DNA of 64,000 bases from Massalongia carnosa (taxonomy: Eukaryota), in contig OZ287070.1 in assembly GCA_965645245.1 (NCBI GenBank), positions 744,001 to 808,000 on the forward strand. Direction: 5' to 3'. Under the pieces are notes generated by a model. The model made no database searches and was not told the DNA's origin. It saw only the letters and a list, made by a program, of their open reading frames with translations. Shown here in pieces: positions 11,482-23,168 of this stretch. The position numbers and the translations under genes are program-made. Position 1 is the stretch's first letter; every line of letters starts with the position of its first letter.

Positions 11482-14441
11482 GGTCTGTTTACTCGGGTTC
11501 GAAATCAGTCGAATAGAAAAGGGAAGGGAAGCATGGGATGCGTTTATGTGCGTGGGCCATGGTTCGCCAGATGAAGTTTGGATTGGACGACCTTCTCCAT
11601 GAGCCAATGAAAAGCATCCGAGTTAAAGAAGTTTAGGGCTTGTTCAGTCTATGCGACGAGCAGCCAGCGGTAGAACGCTGCGGATCTAGGCCTTTGTAGA
11701 ACAAGAGCCAGTGAAGAGGAGAGCTGAGGGGACTGGATTGGACAGGAAGGGACATGATGGGGACATGATCACGCTGCAGAGGAACATCGCATGCAACTGA
11801 CGTCGTGCATGTGGAGTTGGGTGTAGCGAGCAGTTTTTAGCTTGGGAAAGGGGGGGAAGAGGGGGGGGAACAGGGAATGATGAGTGGTAAATGGTTGCGT
11901 GGGTGGGCATGCTGGGGGAGTGTGTCAGGTTGTGTGGTGATTTGGTAAAATGTACTCTGTAGCACCGCAGGTCTCAACGTAGATTGCCGAGACGACTCTT
12001 CCTCGATCTGAGCAACCATTGTTGGGAAGGCCCGAAGGCGTCTGTGGACGCTGATAGGCAGGCCTGAAGGATAGCGCCAATGGGATGCAGGACGTGAACC
12101 ATGGTTGACCAGGAAGGAAGGACTTTTGCCTGGCTCGGGCTTTGTGGCTTGCATGGGGATAGGAGCGGGGGTTAAGAGTGAAGCTGAGGAATTGCAGAGT
12201 TTGTGTATGGATTACAGACTGGAATTGGGGGATTACCTTATGACTAGGTTAGGAGAGATGGTAGGAAACGTGGAAGGGCACGGAGTACACACTAGTACGC
12301 ACTAGTATAGACTAGTAATTTCGCTAGTGTAACCTGATACCTTTTTAGGAATAGCTCCGAACGCCGGAACACGCCAAGCCCGTTGACGCTTGTTGATTCA
12401 GTTCTCCCTCTTCCCTCTTCGCTCCTCTTAATCCCATTATGAACTAAACCATTTTCTTCTCTAGAGTCCGTTACCAGCCCGTATCGATTCCATATCCTCA
12501 TGGCCCGCTCCCCCTACCCTTGCCTCGTCGTAGGCACGGTGCAGCGCTTCATCGTGATCTTGATCGATCTATCCTTGTAGCACCATCTTGCATACAACCG
12601 AACTAACTTCGTAGTTTGCGGGTGAAGGAAGCCATGGCTGAACGGCTGCTTCCGTCGTCATCCACAAAATGTCTCTCATGGATCATGGTCCACGACGAGG
12701 AGTGAAGAGGAAAGGGGAAGAAACGGAAAAGTGACGCATCAAGTTAGCGGCTGATCAGCAGCTGATTGGAAATAGCATGTCGTCGTCAAGCCTTCATGCT
12801 TTTACGGACCTTGTCGCTATCATTGGATGCGCAAAGCTTGGATTAAGATGCCAGATTGAGCCATTTACCGGGTCGGCTCGTGAGACCTTCATGATCCTTG
12901 ATGCGGTACGAAGTACTCATTGTGGGCAGGTTTCCTTATCCTAAATTGACCTGTCGGAGGGCGGCCCTAAGATAGGCGAATGGATAGGTAATGCTTTGCT
13001 TTTCCCCCGAAGTCTTTGGGATTCAAGTTGATCATCAGTTCGTGAACCTGAGATTAGATGGCTAAACCCATTACTTGATAAGAAGGTCCTTCATGCTGGA
13101 ATTGCGGGTTGCCAAGTATCCTTGTATAGTCCCGTGCGGGCATCGCTTCCGAGTTTTTGCAAATTCTGGTAAGTTTCGGGAGTCTCCGCCGCTGGTCAAT
13201 CTGATAGGCGGGATCTGATTGCATACCGAGGACAGACTCTTTCCTCTGCAATCGAAAACCGATTGTTTACATTAGCGTTACCAAATCTCAGTCTCTTTTA
13301 ATATAGCCCAATGAGGGAGATCAGTCATCGTGGGGCCTATGGGGTACTTCTTACGCCCTCTGCAAAGCAACGAAAATACCCTCCAATCCCACATTTTAAA
13401 ACCCAAGATCCTTGAAGTTTCGGCATGATGATGATGTTCTTGTACCTTGTACCTCTGTATCACCTAAGCATTCGCATCCATGCGAGATGTACATGACATA
13501 GAGCATCTTTGGTGTTACGCAATATCAGCGTGCGCATCGGAAAACTGCTGCTCTCCAAATTGTCCCCTCAACCTCAACCAACACCCCATCGCCGTCGGAT
13601 TCTCCGTCACTTCACCACCGTTATCGGGCCCCAGCGACAACTTCAAAGTTAATGATTGTCAAGTGTAATGCAGCTTACGGCTGTACTCCTTCTTTTTCAG
13701 GCCGTCCCTTATATGGTATTGGGTGCATTTGTGGTCTTCAGCTGTCTTTACCATGCTGTCGCGGCGCCATCAGTCCGTACGGCGCTGATCCACATTTTCG
13801 GTGTTCTTGTTTGGATCATTTGCATGAGGCTTGCCAATGCGGGGCTGAATCCAGCCTAGGCGTGCGCGTTTGGTCATTGGGAATTGCATGCCCCCATAAC
13901 GTTGGCAAGCTTTCCGTTTGATCATGGCGAGATTATGTTTCTCTTCTCTCTGCCAAATCCACCTGGGGCTGATTGGTGGCGTGTACTATGTATGGCGAAA
14001 AAGCGCTCAAGGTGTGCGAGGTCTAGAACGAGGTCTTCCACGGACCCTAGTGCCGCCTCATGACGAACATTGGAAAACAAGCAAAACCATAACAGCACAT
14101 TAAATTGACCGAAAGTGAGGCAGCAATTTCACAGCTTTTGGGTTGGGAGCTATTTCCGCCTCGAAAGCTCGCTCCTGCGGAAACATTCATGTCCTACGTT
14201 TGCTATTGTTGATGTCACACGACGGCTGCAACAATGGTTTTGTGTGGTAGTCATGGATGATCAATGCTTGTGGCGTTTACTAACGATGCGCAGCACCAGC
14301 ACCACCCTGTTCAAACAATGCTGACCATGGGAGTAAGTGAGCTTTAAGGGGTGCGTACCAAGGTTGACAGGTTCGCTGGTCGCTTCTGCCCCCTCGTAAG
14401 ACAGCCTTTAGACTTTGGATTGCCGTTGATCAACACATGAG

Positions 14442-14490
14442 CACACACACACACTCTCTCTTTCTTTCTTTCTCTCTCTCTTCTTCTCCC
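14442..14490. repeat. Compound (CA)n/(CT)n/(TTTC)n microsatellite
   Basis: cacacacacacactctctctttctttctttctctctctcttcttctccc read directly. Confidence 0.8.
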
Positions 14491-16895
14491 CTCCTTTGCT
14501 TTCAACTTGTCTCTACAGAGTACCGAAAACCCGATTACTCGCCTCTTCTGCGCAATTTCATGCATGCGGACTCCAGCAAATGGCGTGCCTACATCCCGTG
14601 TGATAACCGATAGTCCCAAGCGTGCAGTGATCGTGCTTCCGAGGTGCAGAACAAGAGATCTTGGTCGCAGACCACCCGCGAAATTGATTCGCGAGTTGAA
14701 GCGTGCAGAATCTCAATGTAGGCGAGCTCTGCGGTGGGGCTAAAGTACCTCGAGAATCGCCTTTCTGTCGATCCTCGACCCGATATCGGGTTGTAGATCA
14801 TTTGATTTGGATCCCCAGTATGATATCCATGAATTAGAAGGAACTCATCATGGGCCTGGTTTCTTGCCATTTCTCTGATCAACACGTTCGTAGGAATTTG
14901 TCCACGGTCCTTCGAACAACATTAGAGTTGTATTCAATGGCTTAGAGTTATTCTAGTTTATTAACTAGATTTAGGATACTGTGAGAGTGAAACAGTTTTT
15001 GAAAGCGCCATACCTTGGCTGCCTTTGGGGTCAGGAAATCAAGGTCATACGCACATCGTCGCATATCGGCTAGTACTCTGTTGCTGGGTCTCCTGCGTTT
15101 ACCATTGATGACAGAGTACTCCAAGAATCATGATGTGCAAGACACGATGGACGATTTCACACTAGCGGTGGGCAACGTGTGAAGTCTCACCCAGATCCCA
15201 CATTGTATCAACAAAGCTTGGTGTAAATGGTGGTCAATGAGAATGTTGTGAGCACAATCTGAACACTACCAATACTGCAAGGGCGAATGGCGGGCCTTGT
15301 CGGTCAAGTATGTCATCGTTGTTGACGACATACAGTTATAACTTAGCGCAAGAAGTTACGTGCAGCATACCAGTATTTCTGCTCAGCAATGGCCGAGGGT
15401 TTCGATTGCAGAGACAGGAAACGCAGAAAAGCAGCAGGTGTGCGCGATCAATCCCCGCGCTGGAGAATGTTTAGCAGCAGGCTCAGCACCAAGTACTCCG
15501 TACTCCGTACCTATTCGGTAGGCCTGGTGGATAACTTTTACCGATGAAACCTCCCTGTCTCCCTATCTACTTCTCGACCTAGGTGAGATTTGCTTCTGTA
15601 CAGAGTACTAAGCAATTACTAACCATAACCCACGCTTCTCATTCCCGTCATCCAATCACCCTTATTTTTTGTCTGTCGGCACCTTTTATCTTTGAGGCAT
15701 CGAAATGCCTTCTAGAAGTTGATGAGTACCTAGGTAGATTGATATTGTTGCATGTTTGACGGCTTTTTGCTGGTCATATGCTGCTTGCGAAAACTGTATT
15801 CACATAAGATGGTGTCTAGAGACCCTTCTCATATTAAAAGGTGACTTAGGTCCTGGCTTTGTCTGAACTGGACGGACGGACGAGACAGCATTTCTTTGGC
15901 CGTTTAGTTTAGGAGACCAAACAGTCATAAGGCAACCTTCAGAGAATTTCCTTCCCAGACGTAACCCATATGGCACGGCAATAGGGCCCGCGAGCGGCGA
16001 AGCATCATGAGCGCAGGAGCTTCTGGGATACATAGAATCAAACGGAAAAAATAATGAATAACTTGGTGGTAATCAATACTTCGATATAAACAACAAAGGT
16101 AGGTGGCGTGGTTGTTCAAATGGATATAAACAGCTCAGGCCTGCTGTATCCAGATCAGCGAGAATTGGGCTAGGTAGGCACTTACAATCAGTTCCGCAGA
16201 ACACGAAAGTAGCTGTGGTTTTGCTGAGTTATCTATTAGGCGGTTGCTGATGATTCGCACGTAGAACGGGGTCGGAGGGCTGTACATTCTAGTCAATCTT
16301 TACTATCAACTGCTATCTAGGTTAACACAAAAACACTGTCGCCCTCGTGAGGCGTCAGATTCAATCCAAACATTTGCCGTCTCTCATTGTTGTCAAAGGT
16401 CTCCCTCTTTTATTATATACCCTGTCGAACGCGAAAGCAAAGCTTCAGAACAGTCTTTAGTACGGTTGGTTACCCATGGCCCGATTCATTGGACAGACGG
16501 TTGCTAAGCAATAGGTAACTTACCTCAACTCCGTTTTGCGCTCCCCCAAATATCGATTGCTCGTCGCACATGTTGTCTCAGTTCACGTTGGGTTTCTCGC
16601 ATGTTCCTACGCATATCATTGTAAAATATGTCAGAGTCATTCAGCTTCGCATTCCCCATCCAAGTATTCAAATGAACACATTCATTCGTTTTATTCATCG
16701 TCATCATGACCCTTACGTTTTAAGTCAACATCTTGCTGATCAATACCACGTTGAATTATCATTGTGTTTTGCCAACCTTTCGATGGTTCATCGTCGCTGT
16801 GCAGTGTTCTTTTAAGTACTTATATCAAGAAGTGCTGTCACAACCTTTTGGCGGGAGGGGGTGGTAAACGCCACCAGAAGTTTTATGTAGATTAA

Positions 16896-17187
16896 CGTGC
16901 ACCCTGGCTATAACGATGTTGTCTTTCCATAAGGTCGAATCGATAGAAATAATTCAAGCGGGAGGTAGTACAGAGTAGCAGTTAATACTATTTTTGTATT
17001 AGCTCGATATTGAATTTGGATTGAAACGCTTTCTGATTACTCGTAACAAATTACTCTGAAAAATGCTAACGATATTGAAATAGAGAAGTTATCGATATCT
17101 GTCCAAGTAAATAATCGATTTCACTTAGTCAAATCGCTATAATTAGATTATCGTTATAGTCAAGATCGTTATAGCCAGGGTGCACTG
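16896..17187. mobile_element. Tc1/mariner-pogo-type MITE (~290 bp)
   Basis: Exact 21-bp inverted repeat GTGCACCCTGGCTATAACGAT (16897-16917) / ATCGTTATAGCCAGGGTGCAC (17165-17185). Right end reads ...CACTG|TA. AT-rich, non-coding interior. Confidence 0.8.
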
Positions 17188-17370
17188 TATCAACACCCTG
17201 GATTGTTGGAGTGCCACGCCTTGGGAAAATGCTCGTGAATTCTTTCTTTCTCATCGAGTGCAATCGAAAAGTCTGTACAGTACATGCAGATATACCATGG
17301 ACAGCAAACATTCGATCCTCCGGGGAAAGCCTCCATCTGTCATGCTCTTGCTTTACGAGACATAATACTA

Positions 17371-20300
17371 TTACATTGACCTGAAAACTTGAGCATCCCC
17401 ATCAACCCATGCCCTCGAAATGTCCCTTGCAAGACCCAGCCTCAGAATCCCCAGTAAATCATCCCCGGTCATATCCCTTGCCATTCCATTCCTCCAATCC
17501 CAGCATCTCTTTACCCCATCACCTTTTCCACCATCACTAGGCCGCTTGACTATGACTCCACTTCCGCTTCCGGCGCCGCCTACGCTGGACTCGAATTCCA
17601 GCATCGAAGTACTTACAAGCGAAAACCCGCTACTGGAGGTCATGTTACTCACATTTTTCTTAAGGAGATCCCCTGGGGACGGCGTTTGCTGGAATCCATG
17701 AGCTGCGGCGAGGGTGGAGCGAAAGAAATCTTCGCAAACCGCGTAAACACGGGGGGTGACTGTCTGTAGGTCTTCGATAGCTCTCAGAAGAGCGAAACTT
17801 TGCGACAAAGAGAGGATTCCCTGCGGCTCTATGAGTAATGATTAGTAAACTGATCGTATGCGTTCTAGCTGGCTGGCAAGAGTACTTACGATCAACGAAA
17901 TATCGGGCTTCACCTAGAAGAGCAAGTAGCCCGTCAACCTGCACCACTGAACCACGCTCCTCATCGTAAAGACCACCATGGATGTTATCTGCAGCGCTAT
18001 TTATAACCGCCAAAAGCGCCCCTGCAGCAGCCTTTTCCCGTGTAATGGGCCGCAACCTTGGTTTTTGACCGTTCTCAAGATTCAGCTCCTCGTCCCGTAA
18101 GTCGTAAAACTTCCGCAGCGTAGCATAGCCAGTGAGATACAAGTGCAAGAGTTCAGCAGCTTCGCGGTCAAGCTCGCCAAGCTGGTCGAGACTCGCCCGA
18201 GGGAAGAAGATAAGGGCATGAAGGTTTTGGTCTAGGGAGGATAGAGGGGGAAAGGCAAGGGATTGGACAAGCGAGAACGAGATGAGTAGGTCGAGGACGT
18301 CTTTAACTTTTCTTGAGCAATGCGCACGAGCGTAGTAAATTATGGCTGTGCCATACCTATCCGAATTTTCGGCAACGGAGTCGGCGTATTTCTATCACTT
18401 TATTAGTAATGTGATTTCCTTGTACAACCGAGGCATCATTTACCTCAGCGATGCTGTGAGCTTCTCGCTCCATTTGAAGTTCGCCACATATATCGAGTAT
18501 CTTATCCACCCTTTCATCTGAAAGCAGAGGAATACGACTTAGTAGTTTGCTGACCTTCTTGTTCACTAAGCTAGCATCGTCGACACGAGATAAGACTTCA
18601 ATAGATAGTTCCCAGCCCTCCTTGGATAGGCTTTCAAGTGGCTCTTCAATTATATCCCTTGCGTATAAGGCCTCTGCGTATTCTGCTAGTAGGCTGTTTT
18701 TCTTACTAGCCTGCTCTTCCTGGTCATAGCTGAGCACCATCAAATCACTCTCATTGAACCCACCCCTCATAGCACCTCCGGCCGAAGAGTCGTACCAGCC
18801 TCCAAGACATGCTATTTCAACGACCGCAGAAGCAATCGGAAGAGACCATCCTTGTAAAATGGCAAGCACACTTTCAACGTTTCCTTCGAATAAGGACGCC
18901 AAGCCCACTTCAGCAGCATCAATAGGACTAATCTGAAACATGTTGCCGTCGGAGTCATTAGTAACTCTTTCAAAAGCGAAAGCCAACCGTCGTAGATACG
19001 CTGCAGTAGCATTAAGGTCAACGAACCGTGTATTTCGAGATTGCGAACGCCTGAGAGAACGTCGGGTCATTGCCAAATTGCCTACTGCAAAGTCATCATC
19101 GTCATCATCACCATCCCACCATATTGTAAGGCCTATGGCGGCTTCTATCCAGTCTTGGGCTACCGAGATGATCTCTGTAGTCCCCCCAAGAAATATCCCA
19201 TACAAGGTCTTCAAGCTTCGATATATTGTCCAGGGGACTCGGCTCTCTATTCGCCTCGAGGTTTGGCTGAGCGTCCTAGTTGCGCTCCTGATGCCAAAGT
19301 TTGGAGCTTCAAACGTGGATTCGGTAGGGTCCATATCTCGGTCATGACCCTCGGCAAATATAGCTAGATCGTTCAAGGCTTGCTCGATTCGCTTTCGAAA
19401 GGTCTGCCATTCGCTGCCAGATACATTCCAGTCTCCATCTTGCAAGGCGGGACATAATTCGAGAAGTTGAATGGCTATGTTAATGACCTTTTTGATGTTT
19501 TCAAGCTGAGAGCCTTGATAACCGCTTTGTCCAAGTCCATCTTCTCTGGCTGTACAAGCATCTTTGAAATCTGAACTCTTTAGCAGCTGTATAACTCCTC
19601 GAATCTGGCCCCGTAAAGCAGAGGTGAACATCATGTCCCAGAAGTTGAAGCTTGCCGTTGGGTTGGGTTCGTGCGTCATTAAATTAAGCGTAGCCACGCG
19701 GTATGGGTAGTGATGGTCATTTAACCAGCTTACAAGGACTTTTGGCAAAGCGGTCGGATTCTGAGGGCTATAGGATGGCCGGGCTGGTGAAAAACCTGAG
19801 CCCCGGGATTTTCGCGGTGCTGCTAAAGCTTGTTGGCCTTTGGCTGGAGGAGGATGATGAAGTTGTAAGAGCAACGTAGCAAGGAAAACGGCGCGTTTGA
19901 AGGGCGGTGCGTTCTCATCCGGCCCAATACCGACAGTGTAATCCTCACCTTCAAGAGACTCGTCTCTAACCTCATCACAACACCCTTTCCAAAGAGTTTT
20001 CAAGTCTTCCGAGATTTTCGAGAGTGCAATCTCCAGGTCTCCCTCCCCCCGTTCGGCATTGTGTTTTAGGTTGTAAATTTGACCGACAAGCTGTTCTGTC
20101 CCTATGATCAGATGATCTGGATCATCCAATCTTGCAACGCCAAGTTGCGAAGCTAGGTCCTTCGCGATGCTTGGAATGGCTGAGTCTTGTTTCGGCTGAC
20201 GAGGTTTCCCTCCTCGATTAGTCGACCTAGGAGATATAGCACGACCAACATGAGACCTTTTAATTCCTCTTTGAGTCCCGTCTCTAATTGAATGCGTGCA

Positions 20301-20927
20301 TGGAGAAGATCCAAAGGCTACTTCATCCGTAACTAGACCATTCACCGGTGCATCTTTCTTAGAAGTAGGTTCTCTCGATTTATTTTCGGCATCTACTTCT
20401 ATATCCTCACTCCCATACTCAAAGTCGTCACTGAAATCCCGCTCCTCAGAATCCCCCACGTCTTGCTCATCAGATTCTTCAGACTCGATAAATTCGTCGT
20501 CATCGTTATCTACGCTAGGGGACGGACTGCTATTAAAGGCATGATTTCTCGGTGGTTTCACACGAGGGATGATAGAGGATTTTTGTATTCTTCGGCTACC
20601 ACCAAGATCTCGTGTTTTCTTATTGGGATGTATTGTCTTGAAGGAAGGGCTATTAGGATCCCTTCGAGAGCCCATGTGCAAGCCAATGTTAGACTTTGGG
20701 GGGAAAAGTAGCTGTCCGAAATGGTCCTGAGAGGTTTTCAAAACGCTCGAAGGGGGCGGGCCAGCCGGAGTGAAGGAGTTCGCGGATGATGGGGGAGGAC
20801 CAGCAGGTGTGGTAGATGGGTTAGAGGCAGGGCTTCCGAAGCCATTCGCATGGCTATTGGCATTGTGTTGCTTAGAGCCTGGCGTGGATGGGGAGCTTGA
20901 GGAGACTGGTACCGTCCAATTAGACAT
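17371..20927 (-). CDS. NUP85: Nucleoporin Nup85 family protein, 3 exons
   Basis: Long ORF with low-complexity/acidic N-terminus, then PKVLVSWLNDHH...FWD...LRG, SRVPWTIYRSLKTLYGIFLG, AQDWIEAAIGLTIWWDG and YGTAIIYYARAH. Introns near 18391-18443 and 17825-17887. Confidence 0.8.
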
Positions 20928-21129
20928 GATACAGTGAATATCAACAATCTTTTGCTCGGTTTATCTACTCATAAGCTTAGTATCATGAAAAACTCAGCGA
21001 TCAGGAAACGACCTACAGTTGTTACTTCTTCTCAAACATGATGATGAAAAGCGTGACCAGAAGCGTAATTATTTAGAAAATTCAATCTTCAATCCACCAA
21101 ACGGTTGTTGTACCTGAACTACGAATAGG

Positions 21130-21135
21130 ACGCGT
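21130..21135. promoter_or_regulatory. MCB-like (MluI) element ACGCGT in the divergent NUP85/TinA-like promoter
   Basis: ACGCGT about 215 bp upstream of the TinA-like ATG; a single 6-mer, so chance occurrence is possible. Confidence 0.3.
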
Positions 21136-21181
21136 TAGGTAACAAATGAGCGATTCAATGGAACTTGCCGGTAAAACATTG

Positions 21182-21262
21182 CCGTAATTGTGCTAAACCA
21201 CTTTCGGAATGGAAGGGCATCCCTTCCCTTCCATTCCGCAAGTGGTTTAGCACGATTAGCGG
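21182..21262. repeat. Long imperfect inverted repeat (hairpin)
   Basis: AATTGTGCTAAACCACTTTCGGAATGGAAGGG pairs with CCCTTCCATTCCGCAAGTGGTTTAGCACGATT (32 bp, 2 mismatches). Confidence 0.9.
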
Positions 21263-21348
21263 GTTATTGTTAACCCTTTACCCCAACAACGATTTGTTTA
21301 CATTCGAATACCTTAACATCACCTTACCTCGCTGCCCCAATGATCACA

Positions 21349-23168
21349 ATGGAGCCTCAAAGTCTTCGGACAGCATCCTCATACATCAACAACCTTTTGC
21401 TCTCCCGTGGGCTTCTAAGAAATGGCGTCCCAATTGAATTTGCACCACCATCGAAAGGGGAGGAGGGGCGGGATGCGACAATGGCTAAGGTCATGAATCT
21501 AGTTCATGATCTGATTCTACGGCGGGATGTATGATATTTCAGCGAAATCCTAGATATGTAGTCAAATGTGATATAGCTAATTTAATCCACATTTAGCATG
21601 AGACCGAGACCATGACTACCGTCTCCCAAAGCCTTCAGAGACTGCGCATATCTTCAACGCAACAATCTCAGACCATCGAACGCCTCGAAGTGCGAAACGC
21701 GGAGCTAGAGCGCCAGCTTGCTTTAAACAGCGCTCAGGAACGTGCAGTACGTACGTCGCTCAAAAGTGCCGAAACAAGGACAAGGGCTCTAAAGGAGGAA
21801 GTTGCTAGGCTCAAGGGGACAGTAGGGCAGATAAGGGGCCAATGTGCTAACGAAATCCGGAGACGGGACGAAGAGATCAAGAAACTGAAACGACACCTTG
21901 AAGGGCGCAGAGGACGGGATGGTAGTGGAACTCAGGTTGGTGTGGTGGTCTTAAGACCGGCAACGAACACCTCTCAGCAGAGAAGCAACCATGTAGAAAA
22001 CGAAGTTGACCTTGGGAGTCCAGAATACTCATTGAAGCAAGAAACGACGGAGTTCTTGACTAAATTGAGTCAGAGACTTAGTGACGAGAATGATTCCTTG
22101 ATTGGGCTTGTGAGGAGCACTTTGTCGACTTTAAGAAACTTGCAAGGACTCCCGAAAGATCCAGAATCGGAGTGGAATGGAGCCGAACACGTGGAACTTA
22201 AATATAACAATGTGGGCCTAGTAGCGCCACCTTCATACGAAGATCTGGCGGCAAGCACGGACGAAGTGCTCTATCATTTGCGCGGCTTGCTGACAAACCC
22301 ATCTTTTGTACCCCTTGAGGAAGTGGAAATCAGGGAAGATGAGATAATCAGGCTTAGAGAAGGATGGGAGAAGATGGAAGCGAGATGGAAAGAAGCTGTA
22401 GCCCTGATGAATGGGTGGAGGAAGCGGATGGTCAATACTGGCGATACAGTCAACCTGGAAGATCTGCGGATAGGGTTGAAGCTTGGCGGAGAACTTCCGC
22501 CCATATCGATTGTTCCGGAAAATCTGGTGCTCAAGGAGGAGACTCTCAACGACGATCTTAACAGTTCGCGCTCCCTTGATATGGAGGGCCATGAGATGTA
22601 CAAATCCTTGTCTAAAGCTGGTGCCATCGACGATACATCAGTCAATGGGCTTGACTCGGCCGTGGTTCCCTTTAGAGAAGTTCTCAGGGTCAGAAGTCCT
22701 AATGTCAGGTCGTTACTATCCCCGTCTCCAAAGCCCTTCTCTCTCATTTGTGAAGAAAGTATTAAGCAATTCCGAAACGAAGAACAAGAAACGCTCCGTT
22801 TTAGTTATTCCCCCTACGAGCCACAATCGAGCCCGGAAAGATCAAAACTACCGTTGAGACGTCAGGTGAGTTAGACCCTTATTTTTTCCCCCTAGCTTTC
22901 CTAGCCCCCGTAAACAGGTTCGCTGTAGAAGAGATTCTTTTGCTTACAATAGTCTATGGAACAGGTCAAATGTTCCCCTTCCGCCTCGCCCCGTACCGTC
23001 GCACAGAAACTAGCCACCGCGCAAACGGAGGCGGACGCAGTGCGCAAATTGGAAGAAACGGGAGTGCGAAAAAAAATCTCAGGAGAGGGAACGAGGAAGC
23101 TAAAGAACAGCCGACGACGGAGTACTCTCAGTCCTGAGGAATTGGAGAACTTACTAGGAAACTTATAA
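21349..23168 (+). CDS. Afadin/alpha-actinin-binding (ADIP) coiled-coil protein, like Aspergillus NIMA-interacting TinA / fission yeast Msd1; 3 exons
   Basis: MEPQSLRTASSYINNLLLSRGLLRNG...MNLVHDLILRRD, a coiled coil, QIRGQCANEIRRRD, and LLTNPSFVPLEEVEIREDEIIRLREGWEKMEARW. Introns near 21529-21597 and 22867-22965; ends RRRSTLSPEELENLLGNL*. Confidence 0.8.

Noticed and set aside
11500..16850. Many 60-105-aa ORFs upstream of the Zn2Cys6 gene
   Set aside because: No domains, no consistent exon structure and overlapping frames; treated as a long regulatory/intergenic region.
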